A DNA stretch of 63,309 nucleotides, the filler included, from Reclinomonas americana ATCC 50394 (lineage: Eukaryota), in assembly GCA_048213135.1 (NCBI GenBank). It is 5 parts of 2 records of this genome, joined end to end, with 100 filler letters (N's around TTAATTAATTAA, not from the genome) between each part and the next. Parts side by side here need not be neighbours in the genome. Positions count along the whole stretch, not along the records: positions 31,378 to 43,024 come from PS015043.1; positions 43,125 to 50,537 come from PS015043.1; 3 more parts are not named here. One strand, 5' to 3'. The first letter of the stretch is position 1. Every line of letters begins with the position of its first letter. Made by a program: the position numbers and the translations under genes. The notes under the pieces were generated by a model. It did no database searches and had not been told where the DNA came from. It saw only the letters and a program-made list of their open reading frames with translations. Shown here in pieces: positions 38,937 to 50,637 of the stretch.

Positions 38937-40381
38937 TTAGCGTGTGATTGCGAGTGAGATGCAGGTGATCGATCGTACGTCTTGGATTTGAGAGGCTTGG
39001 CCTTCGTTTCACGTGCTTCTGCACGGCGAATGAAGAGAAGGTGCGGAGTGTGTGTTTGCGGGAGAGGGGTGGCCATGGGATGGGCGAGATCACGTGGCGC
39101 AGCTGCCTCTCAATAGCTCGAACAGCGAGAAGAGATCTGAGAGCTGTGACCAAGTTGCTTGCCCTCCGAAGAGAGGCAAGCACTGAGAATTCGCTCTCGG
39201 AGCTTTGAGCAAGTCGACAACTGCAGTTACGGCACATCACGTGTTCGGAATAGCTGCAAAAGATCTGCGCGAGTTTGAATTCCAACTTCGAATTCCCCCA
39301 GAGTTCCAATCCCGGATCCTGATGCCTCCTCGGCAAAAAGATAAGCTTCGGATCAGCGCCGAGAGCGCGAACAGCCCGTCCGGCTCACCGTTAGGCGGTA
39401 CCGGCATTGCAATCCTGTTTTCTTCGCCGTATCACTCATTGCGGGGAATATCAGCGTGGTCGCTGAATATGTTTGTCTCCGCCTGGCGTCCCCCGCGAGA
39501 ACTTATTGATTTTCCCCGTGGTAGAACGCGTCTCTCCTCTCCATGGTCAAGCGTTCGATCGGCGCANNNNNNNNNNNNNNNNNNNNNNNNNNNNNNNNNN
39601 NNNNNNNNNNNNNNNNNNNNNNNNNNNNNNNNNNNNNNNNNNNNNNNNNNNNNNNNNNNNNNNNNNNNNNNNNNNNNNNNNNNNNNNNNNNNNNNNNNNN
39701 NNNNNNNNNNNNNNNNNNNNNNNNNNNNNNNNNNNNNNNNNNNNNNNNNNNNNNNNNNNNNNNNNNNNNNNNNNNNNNNNNNNNNNNNNNNNNNNNNNNN
39801 NNNNNNNNNNNNNNNNNNNNNNNNNNNNNNNNNNNNNNNNNNNNNNNNNNNNNNNNNNNNNNNNNNNNNNNNNNNNNNNNNNNNNNNNNNNNNNNNNNNN
39901 NNNNNNNNNNNNNNNNNNNNNNNNNNNNNNNNNNNNNNNNNNNNNNNNNNNNNNNNNNNNNNNNNNNNNNNNNNNNNNNNNNNNNGGAGGAGAAAGCAGC
40001 TGCAACAGTAAGCGAAGCAGCAGAGATGAAGTTGCAAGACCCAATGGATCGAGGGGCTTTGAGAGCGACGAATGTGTGTGTATGAAGGGAGAGTAGAAAC
40101 AGCCGTGACTGTCATTGGAGAAGCGACGATCGAGAAGCTTGCGTGTATGCACGTGTGCGAGATGAAGTTGCGAGACTGAATGCACGTGACCCTGTGTCCT
40201 TTCCCTTTTTAACCTTGAACGCCATCCTGACTCTGCCTTCTCCACTCTGCTGCGCTTTCGCCTTGGTCAGTGAGACTTGCGTGTGTTGTTGAGTGCAGCG
40301 ATTTGGCAAGCAGATGACACAGCACGCCAGTTTGGCAACCAGCAAGACGTCTCACCATTTCTTCTCCCTTCCCTCATGCAG

Positions 40382-42837
40382 TGCTGAGCTGCGGCCTCAC
40401 GCATCTGGCGGTGACCCCGCTCGACGTGACCAAGTGCAACATGCAGGTGAACCCGGGCAAGTACAAGGGCCTGCTGCCGGGCATGCGCACGATTATTGCC
40501 GAGGAGGGCTCGCGCGCCGTCTGGAAGGGCTGGGAGCCGACGCTGATTGGCTACTCGGCGCAGGGCATGTTCAAGTTCGGCTTGTACGAGGTGTTCAAGG
40601 ATGTGTACGCCAACATGGTCGGCCAGGAGGCTGCCGTGCAGTACCGTGGTCTGGTGTGGCTGACTGCCTCGGCGTCGGCTGAGTTCTTTGCCGACATTGC
40701 GCTGTCGTTGCGTTTCGAGGAGAGGATAAAAAGGGGGAAGAAGAGGGGTGGATGGAAGAAGAGAAATGAGAGAAAGAGCGAGAAGCGGGGAGGGGAGAGA
40801 GAAAGAGACACGGCCTTGTGTCTCTTTTGAGAGGAGTGATGATTGACATGCGTTTGGTATCTCGCGCCGAGTGAGCGATGTCTGCCTTTTCTCTCTCTTT
40901 CTCTCTCACACCGCTCTGCATTCTTAATGCTTTTTCGCGCTCTCGCTCTGCTTACCGTGCCGTAGCCACATAGTCTCACTTTCACTGCAAAATCGCTCCT
41001 TGTTGGTACCGTTCCACCACGCACTTTCGTTCCCTTTCGTTTGTACGCGCTTCTGAATCTTTCCTGTTACTTTCCTTGACTCTGTACCCTCTGACTTTTA
41101 TTTGTTTTTATACCCCTTCTCTCCATCTTGTTAGCGCACACGCTGCTGATTACTTCCTGTCACTGCCCTTCTCCTTCAGCCTCGTACTCTATTTGTGTAC
41201 ACTGCCAAGTCCTGTCTCTTGCCTCCTTTCTTTTCCCTCTCCCTCTTTCTCTTCCCTCCCTCTTCCGCTTGCATGATCACGCGGCACAATTGCACTCAGT
41301 CTCTCTTTCTTGTTTGCACGCTCCTAAGTTTTCTCTCTCACTCATTGGATTGTGTACACTGTGCCAAGTCCTCGTGTCTCTTGCCTTCTCTCCTCTCCCT
41401 CCCTCCCTTACCTCCCTCTCCCTTCCCTCCCTCTGCCCTGCCACTCATTCCTACATCCTCTTCCCCTTTCTCAGCCCGATGGAGATGGTCAAGGTCAAGG
41501 TGCAGACGTCGCCNNNNNNNNNNNNNNNNNNNNNNNNNNNNNNNNNNNNNNNNNNNNNNNNNNNNNNNNNNNNNNNNNNNNNNNNNNNNNNNNNNNNNNN
41601 NNNNNNNNNNNNNNNNNNNNNNNNNNNNNNNNNNNNNNNNNNNNNNNNNNNNNNNNNNNNNNNNNNNNNNNNNNNNNNNNNNNNNNNNNNNNNNNNNNNN
41701 NNNNNNNNNNNNNNNNNNNNNNNNNNNNNNNNNNNNNNNNNNNNNNNNNNNNNNNNNNNNNNNNNNNNNNNNNNNNNNNNNNNNNNNNNNNNNNNNNNNN
41801 NNNNNNNNNNNNNNNNNNNNNNNNNNNNNNNNNNNNNNNNNNNNNNNNNNNNNNNNNNNNNNNNNNNNNNNNNNNNNNNNNNNNNNNNNNNNNNNNNNNN
41901 NNNNNNNNNNNNNNNNNNNNNNNNNNNNNNNNNNNNNNNNNNNNNNNNNNNNNNNNNNNNNNNNNNNNNNNNNNNNNNNNNNNNNNNNNNNNNNNNNNNN
42001 NNNNNNNNNNNNNNNNNNNNNNNNNNNNNNNNNNNNNNNNNNNNNNNNNNNNNNNNNNNNNNNNNNNNNNNNNNNNNNNNNNNNNNNNNNNNNNNNNNNN
42101 NNNNNNNNNNNNNNNNNNNNNNNNNNNNNNNNNNNNNNNNNNNNNNNNNNNNNNNNNNNNNNNNNNNNNNNNNNNNNNNNNNNNNNNNNNNNNNNNNNNN
42201 NNNNNNNNNNNNNNNNNNNNNNNNNNNNNNNNNNNNNNNNNNNNNNNNNNNNNNNNNNNNGGCCGGCACATGGCCGACTGCGCTGGTCCCCGCCACCCAG
42301 AAGATGGCTGCCGAGTCGGCCAGCACTCGCTTCCCGTTCGGCTCGCTGAAGCCGTTGTGGATGCGCCAGATTCCGTACACGATGGCCAGTTGAGTTGTTT
42401 TTTGCTATAGATTGATCTCTTGTTCTCCAACGGCGGGATTCTCACACACACTCTGTGCACACACACACACAGAGTTCTTCTTCTTCGAGAAGGTCGTGGA
42501 GCTCTTCTACACCTACGTGTTCACGAAGCCCAAGTCGGAGTACAGCAAGGCCACTCAGCTCATGGTCACCTTCGCTTCGGGCTACCTGGCTGGTGTCATT
42601 TGCGCCATTGTCTCGCACCCTGCCGACTCGCTCGTCTCTCAGCTGGGCAAGGCCGACAACAAGGGCAAGTCGATTGGTCAGATTGCGAAGGAAGTGGGCA
42701 TGAAGAAGCTGTTCACGGCCGGCCTGGGCGTGCGTATCATCATGATCGGTACCCTCACCGGTCTCCAGTGGTGGATCTACGACACGTTCAAGACCGTGTT
42801 CGGCCTCGGCACCACCGGCGGCGCCGTCAAGAAGTAA
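40382..42837 (+). CDS. SLC25A3: Mitochondrial phosphate carrier, canonical copy; first exon not visible (probably in the upstream gap)
   Basis: LSCGLTHLAVTPLDVTKCNMQVNP, YSAQGMFKFGLYEVFK, AEFFADIAL, RQIPYTMAKFFFFE, CAIVSHPAD, RIIMIGTLTGLQWWIYD..GLGTTGG. Same intron positions as the upstream copy. Confidence 0.96.
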
Positions 42838-44139
42838 TCACGCTGCTCACGTGAGTGAGGGCGCTTCTTGAGGAGAAGATTTTTGCATTCCGTCACTGCT
42901 TTGTGCGTTTTGTGAGTCTATTTTTTTGTGGTTCTGCGTGGTGGTGGGTGCGAGAGCGAGAGTCTGTGGTGATCCGCCTTGCCGTCGTCGCTGCTTGTTG
43001 CAAGAGAGAGTACCTGTGATTTTTNNNNNNNNNNNNNNNNNNNNNNNNNNNNNNNNNNNNNNNNNNNNTTAATTAATTAANNNNNNNNNNNNNNNNNNNN
43101 NNNNNNNNNNNNNNNNNNNNNNNNCGTGTGTATTCAATGGGCTTGTTCCACACACACAGGTGGTCTTGTTCCCCGACGAATCCAAGGACGACAAGAAGAA
43201 GAAGAAGAAGGGAGGCTGCGTCGTCCTCTGAAGAGAAGGAGTGCACGCACACGCACCCCATTACATTATGGTTGACGAAAAATCTTCACCACCACGCGCT
43301 TGTTTGTTTTTTCCCTCGCCGCTCTTTCCTTTTTTCACGTCTCGCCAGATGGCGGGGCGTTTCATGCAAAATACATTGAAACGACATCACCACACTTTGC
43401 TGTTTAACAGGGGGAAGGGGTGGGGGAGAGGGTTAGGGGGGAAGGAGCATTTCAATTTCAATGCTCTGATAGCGAACCGGGATAGGGGTGGAAGAGAGAG
43501 CCTGAGGTGTAACGGGATCGTCCAGTGCGTGCAGCAGAGGAAGTAACAACGGACAGCTCCGAGGTAAGACAGGCAACAGTTGTTCCATTGTAGCCGAGAT
43601 TGTAGCCGAGAGGAGAATGGTCAGGGGGAGGGAGCAGCAGTGGAAACGCGCGGGTGGTGTATCTGGCCGTCAACTTAGTCCAGATGGCAGATGCATGTTT
43701 GGCTGCTGAGGAAGCAGTCAGCAAAGAGAGTGCTCAAACGCATGCAATGCTCTGAGAACCTTCGCGAAACGTAACTGCGGGTTGCTTGCGTGCTCCGTCT
43801 CTCTCTCTCTCTCTTGTTATTTCTTCTTCTTCTTTTCTTCTCCTCCTCCTCCGTATTCTTCTCCTTCACCGTCACCACACGATAATGAGACTCGTACAAC
43901 ACATCTGCGCTACTGTTTGAATTCATAAAGCTGTCTCGCGCCACCGCAGATCGTGCCAAACCGTCCCGTTGGTACAGACCGCGATTTGCAGACACCGTGA
44001 TGCCTTGCGGTTGGGGATCCCTCTTCGCTCTGCCCAGAACAGCTCCCGAGTACACACCCAGTTCGGCTTCCATCGCACGCGCACGCACGCCAAAATATTT
44101 CACTGACCACACAAACCGCACTTCACCCCTACACGCAAA

Positions 44140-46769
44140 TTACTTCTCATCCAGCTTCTTCACCCTCCGCTTGGATCCCTTTGACGATCTGCATGTTCAA
44201 CAACACTGAGTCACACCATCTCATCACTTTTCCCACACACAAGTGCGTACCCTCCAGATGCCGTCACCGCAGTCTCCAACACACCCGGCGCAAACACCGC
44301 ATCGAGAGGAGAACCCAGCGGTGCCGCAGCCGATGGTGGTGAGTAGCTAGCGACCGACGGAGACTCGGCCAGTGGCGATGGCGGACCGGGCACATCCACA
44401 GCCATGGCCGGATACAGCGACGACTGCACTGACGACGGCATGGTCACAGCGATCGCTGACGGCGGCCCCACCACCACAGATGGATCGGCAGGTCTCGCAG
44501 TCAGCAGCTTCTCGCGTTCGCGGGCGCGATCGCGCTCCTGTGGAGGAGGGAAAGAGAGAGAGGGAGAGTGAGAGACATAGAAGGCAAGACTGTGCACAGC
44601 AAGCAAGAAGAGAGAACAGTGGCGCGTGCTCTCGGTGTGACAATGAAACGAGAATATGCAAAGCTCAGCAGTTCACATCTCATGTTGCAGAGCAGGCAAG
44701 AAGAGCCAGAATAGTGACGCGTGCTCTCGATGTGAAAGAAGATGAGAATGCAGCACATCACACCGCAGTATGCATTACGAGCAAGCGAACATTGGCGCGC
44801 GATCTCGGAAGACAGACGCGACGAGAATGCATTGTGCTCTGCTGCTGGCACCACAGTCTTGCACAACAAGCGAGAAGAGAGAACAGTGACGCGTGCTCTA
44901 GGAGAGACAAAGGAACGAGCAGATGCAAACCTAAGCAGTTCACATCTTACTGTTGCAGAACAAGCAAGAAAAGCGAGAATAGTGACGCGCGCTCTCGATG
45001 TGCAAGAAAGAAATGAGAATGCAGCACATCACACCGCAGTCTTGCAGAACAAGAAAGATGAGAGAACAGCGGCATGCATCTCGTGAGACAAACAAGAGGG
45101 GAATGCATGGTGCTCTGCTATTCGCACCACAGTCTCGCACAAGAAGCAAGAAGGGCTCGTCAAGCCCTTTGCTCGTACAGAGGCATTCCTTCCTCTCCCC
45201 CTTTCCCTTCCTCTCTCCCATTCTCCCTCCCCCTTTCCCTCCCTCCCNNNNNNNNNNNNNNNNNNNNNNNNNNNNNNNNNNNNNNNNNNNNNNNNNNNNN
45301 NNNNNNNNNNNNNNNNNNNNNNNNNNNNNNNNNNNNNNNNNNNNNNNNNNNNNNNNNNNNNNNNNNNNNNNNNNNNNNNNNNNNNNNNNNNNNNNNNNNN
45401 NNNNNNNNNNNNNNNNNNNNNNNNNNNNNNNNNNNNNNNNNNNNNNNNNNNNNNNNNNNNNNNNNNCGGCGGCCGAGGCACCATTCGGCCCCGCACCAGT
45501 CGCCGACGACGAACCGGATGACGACCCAGCACCACCCGACGACAGGTGGAACGGCGACGCGCGGTCCTCCTCGTTCAGCACTTGCACCACGGCGGCAGCG
45601 GCCACTGCCGATGCGGCCGACTCCTCACCCGTGCTGCCAACGTCGAAGAAGCGATTGATAAAGTTCTTCCAGAACTTTTCCAGCTGCGGAGGGGGAAAAG
45701 GAGAGAGTGAGGCGTGGGAAAAACTTTGAGAGCGTGTGCGTGTGCGTAACCAACCATGTGCAGATCGACGAGATCGCGAGCCGCCGACGCCGCCACCGAA
45801 TTCCTGGTGCTGACGCCGAGGCCCGCCGACACGTGAGACACCTCGGGCGTGGCCGTGCCGCTGGCACTACCTGAACCCTCGTCCGTGTCGAGTGCCATGC
45901 CCTCCACTGCTCCGTTCGATGCCGATGACGGCAGCGACGACGCGGCGGTCGTGCTGGACGCCGCCGCTGCCGTGGCGGTAGTGGTGGTGGTGGTGGTCGT
46001 CGTCGACGTTGTCGAGAACGACGTGCCATTGGTGGCCGACGACGACGGCAGGTACTGACCGGGCTTGCTGCCGGCCGCCGCACGGAACAGGTCGTGCAGG
46101 AAAATGTGAATGTAGGGGTCGGCCAGAACAAACTGGATGCCGGCCACGTCGTCCTCCGTCTCGGTCGATTCGAGCTCGGCCACCAGCGCGCGGTGATTCG
46201 ACAGCTTCTTCTCGGCCTGACGGCAAAGCGCCGCCTGCGAGTCGAGCGCCTTTTGGTGGTTGCGCTGGTACACGTCCTTCCAGAAGAGGTTGAGCTCGCG
46301 ACGCGCCGCACGCCACTCCTCGTCCTTTTGCTTCAGGCGCTTGAGCACCACCTGCAGCGAGCTGGTCGGCGTCTTGCGCAGCGCCTCCAGAATGTATGGG
46401 CCGCGGTCGCCGTAGATGCGCGTGATGCACGCCTTGTGGATGTCTGAGGGAGGGGACGAGTGAGTACATGGAGAGGGGGGAGAGGGGAGAGGGGAGAGGG
46501 AGAGGGCGAAGGGAGAGGAAGAGGAAGAGGAAAAGGGAGAGGGAGAGGGAGAGGGAGTGACGAAATGAGGGAAGAGGGAGAGGGAGAGGGAAGACGGAAG
46601 ACGGAAGACGGGGAGGGAAGAGGGAAGAAGGAAGAGGGAGAGAGGGAGAGGGAGGGAGAGAGAGAGAGAGAGCGAGAGAGAGGGAGAGAGAGAGAGAAGA
46701 AAAAGTCACCAGAGCTAGGAAAAGAGATGATACAACCATAACAATAGCANNNNNNNNNNNNNNNNNNNN

Positions 46770-46833
<64 letters not shown>

Positions 46834-49800
46834 AGTCACCAGAGCTGGAAAAAGAGATGATCAACCATAACAATAGCACCAAGAGAGCACATTACAACGC
46901 GAAACACCCAAGTCAAAGGGAGAAGGACGAAGTGGTGAAAACAAGAATAGCCAAAGTGCATCCCTTTTCGACTCACCCTTCAGCTGCTTCATCTTCTTCA
47001 GCATGGTCTCCTCCGAGTATTGCGGGTTGCCACGCGAGTCGACCAGCGGCTCGAGGAAGCGAATGGTGGACAGGTTCTGCTCAATGACCACGTCCAGCTC
47101 GCATCGATCGTCCTCGCACTGGAAGAGGATTTCGTCAAACTGGCTGCGCTTGAAGATGTTGGTGGCGCTGTCCTCGCTACCGGCCGGCATCGACACCAGG
47201 CGGTCGTTGAGGACAGAGTCGCACATTGGGTTGCGGCCCTGGTGACGCAGGCCACTTGTGCGCTCCTGCACGAAGGAAAAGGGAGGGGAGAAGGGTGAGG
47301 GAAGAGGGAGAAGGAGAAGGGCGAAGGGGGGATGGAGGCGAAGGGAGGGATGAAGGGGAAGGGAGAAGGGAGAGGAAAATGGAGAGGAGGAGTCTGAGAA
47401 GGAGAAGGAGACGGATGGAAACGGAAAAGAAAGAGAACAACAGGGAAGCTGAGAGGAAAAGAAAGGAGATGCAAGCATAAATAGAGCGAATGAGACACAG
47501 AGCGAGAGGGACGAGTAAGAGGGAAATGAAAGCGAAGCTGGGAGAGGGAACAAAAAAGAGAAGTGGAGGAACATGAAGGAGAGAAGGGGCAGGCAGATGC
47601 AACAAGCAAGAGAGGGAACAAGCAAGAGAAGTCAAGGAACATGAACGAGAGGAAAGTGACGCAAGATGTAAGAGAGCGAAAGAAACAGGGGAGAGAGGAA
47701 GGGACGAGAGACAAAAGGGCAAGAGAGAAGAGAGGAAGAGAAGGAGGGTCTTCTCCCTCGCCCTTTCTGCCTCTCCCTTCTCTTCCTTCTCTATCTTACA
47801 CACCTTCTTGTCGATCGGGCGATAGCTGGGGCCATACTTGGACTTGGCATTGGCGCCAGTCCCCTTGGTGTTGACCATGCGCAGTCCTTCGCGCAACTCT
47901 GTGTGCCAGCAGTCAGCCACCTCACACTTCTCCTCCCCTTTCCGCCTCCCGACTCACCCTGCTCCAGCTGCTCCGAGCTCACCAGCCGACCAAACTCGCG
48001 CCGCAAGTCACCATAATCGGCAATCAGGCGATCCACCGACAGCACAAAGTCCTCGCGGCTCAGTGCGCCACCCTCGCGCAAGAACGCCTGCATCTCCACA
48101 ATCACGTCGCCGGCGAGACGCGGATCGCCCGAGCGCATCTTGATGTTCTCCAAGAACGCCACAATGCGGTTCGTCGGCTCCATTGACCGCTTCGTGGTCT
48201 TCTTGGCGCCCTTGCCGCCCGCACCACCGGCAGCCGCCGAAGCACCACCTGCCACTCCCTGTGCATTACATGCATTGTGAAATTTCATCGTCAGTGCTTG
48301 TCCAGAAATGTTTTCCGAACACGCAGAGTACTAAATTGGGAGTTGACAAGAGAATATCTGACACAAACCTTGCCAGCGCCGCCAATGGGAGGCACCATGC
48401 GCGAGGAGCCGCCCTGTTGCTGCTGCTGCTGTTGTTGCTGCTGCTGCATCTCGCGTTGCATTTGCTGCTGTTGCTGTTGGCGCGCAGCGCGGGAAAGACC
48501 ACCGCCAGCACCTCCGCGACCGCCCGACACAGTGGACGAGGGGAGGAGGCCGGGATCGGGACGCAGCTGGTCCACCGGCACCGGCATGAACTTGGAGAAT
48601 TCTTCCAGCAAATCTGTATTCCCTGCAAAGCCCGCTTCGTCAGCGGTCGCAAAAAAAGCATGGGGCGATGAGGATGAACAGGTAGCGCACCCGGTTGGTC
48701 GGCAAACAGCACCGTCACTTGCTCGTACACCGTATTGATGCTCGCCTGCTTCTCTTGGTACGAGTGCAGAATGTTGAGGAAGCGACGATACACCTCCGGG
48801 CGATCCTCGTAGCGTTTCTGTGATTTGAAATGAGCGCAATGTAATGGCCGCACAACGCACAAACACACAAACCTTGATCTTGGTGACGTAGTGCACTGCG
48901 CGCAAACAAAGCAGAAGAGTGAGTTCCACAGCAAGAACGGCACCTCCACATGTCCACAACAACTCACCGGCCTGGTCAAAGTCAATCGGCGACTTGTTGT
49001 CGTCATTGGGCCCGCCGAGCAATCCACCGCCGCCACCTCCGACCGCATATCCCGCACCTCCATTGGCGTGCCCGACCATTTGCTGCACACCGAGAGCGGA
49101 CACGGCCGGATGATGCTGCTGCTGCTGCAGCGGATGATGATGCAACACGTGCAAGCCGCCCGGCACACCCGCCCCGAGCGCTCCCGCCGTGTGGTAACCC
49201 GCCAACGACATGCTCTGTTGCTCGTCGATACGATAGCCTAACACGAAAAAAGGTGAGTGTCGCTTGTGTAGTGCGCGGCTTGTGTAGACACGTACCGGGC
49301 GGCAGGAAGGCATTGAAGCCGAGAATGAGATGCGGGTAGCCCTGGAACAACTCCGAGACGCGCTCAATGACGCCCGACGTCTCCAGCGAGCCACTCTTGA
49401 AGCTGCACGCAGAGGAGGGAAGTGAGTGCGTGGAGAGAGAGTGTGTGTGTGTGACAAAAAAGAAGAGTAACTCTTTCATAATCTCGAGAAATTGCGCGTA
49501 CACATCGCCACGCGAATTCGCAAACGTCTGCTTCACTTGCTCCAAGTACGCCAACGCATCGTCGACTTTGAGTTGCTTTTGCGGTGGCGCTCTGTGGCAC
49601 AAAACAAACAAACAAAGAAAAAATTGAGTATCTTTTTTTGTCTCGTCAGACTGCGCCTTCTGTGTGTCACTCTCTCACTGCGTGTCTGTGTGGCAAAGAG
49701 GGCAGCGATCGCACAACGAGACAAGCGTTGTCTTGTGTGTGTGTGTGGCGAGCTGACAGGACACACTGCGCGCAAATGCAACACGTGCTGGTGCCTGCTC

Positions 49801-50051
49801 GGAGGAGGAGGACGAGGAGCAGGAGGAGGAGCAGGAGCACGCACACGAGGGCAAGAGGCACACACACACAGCAAGAGACAGAGAGGAAAAGTTGGAGCCA
49901 TGTCGAACACAATGTCCGCGCGCGCGCAAACCTTCTTCTTCTTCTTTTGCTCTGCGTGCCTCTCACTGTGTGCCTCTCTCTCTGTGTCTCTGTCTCTCTC
50001 TGTTGCTGGTGTGACTCACCCCTCGGGATCGCCCTCAGCAGCGCGTTTCAT
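44140..50051 (-). CDS. SIN3: SIN3 transcriptional corepressor (PAH1, PAH2, divergent PAH3, HDAC-interaction domain); 3' end tentative
   Basis: MKRAAEG.., [135 protein letters not shown]. Confidence 0.95.
44590..45150. repeat. ~270-bp degenerate tandem duplication with ~90-bp subunits in a SIN3 intron
   Basis: GAGAATGCAGCACATCACACCGCAGT at 44744 and 45014. GCAAGAAGAG(AG)AA(C/T)AGTG(A/G)CGCGTGCTCT-like motif recurs 4-5 times. Confidence 0.75.
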
Positions 50052-50637
50052 GAGAATGTAGGGTTCTTCCCCGGCCTAACGACAACAAACACACACAACG
50101 AGCGCGGTTTCGCACACACAGACAGACACACTCAGAGAACAAAGAGAGATGCGTGCACGCGCGCGTGTACACAACAACAAGCAACACAGAGACAGTGACA
50201 GCCTGTCTCTTCTTGCTCTCTCCTCTCACACAAAGCGAATGTTTTTCGGTGCACCGGCCGAAATTCCGTCGTCGGACTCGGCCCCCTTTCGCTCACTCGC
50301 CACGAGCGCACTTGTGTCTTTCACTGTGTGTGTGTGTGCGAGGGACAGTGAGTGAGTGTGAGTGCGTGCGTGCGTGTGAGAACAATGATACAATAATATG
50401 CGCGCATCGCTTTCTTTCTTGCTCAGGCACGACACTTGCGTGTTGGTTGACGTCGTGTTAGACACGCGTGCAACAGTGAGCGTGAGTGCGGGAGAGAGAA
50501 CGCACACATGAGTGGAATTACGTACATACATTTCACANNNNNNNNNNNNNNNNNNNNNNNNNNNNNNNNNNNNNNNNNNNNTTAATTAATTAANNNNNNN
50601 NNNNNNNNNNNNNNNNNNNNNNNNNNNNNNNNNNNNN

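Noticed and set aside
39000-39566. Complex non-repetitive stretch with ORF 39205 between the carriers; likewise 43430-44120
   Set aside because: No recognisable protein motif, RNA gene or terminal repeat, so no call can be supported.
37244-40712. Idea that introns are excised one base upstream (N-GT...CA|G), which would give more typical Val and Cys residues in the carriers
   Set aside because: The same shift would turn the conserved Lys of YTMAKF into Glu at 42389; ordinary GT-AG boundaries fit all sites.
41514-42260. 747-nt gap inside the second phosphate carrier as a possible insertion
   Set aside because: The flanks join directly (TCG CC + G GCC GGC = S-P-A-G) exactly as in the paralogue, so the gap probably has near-zero true length.
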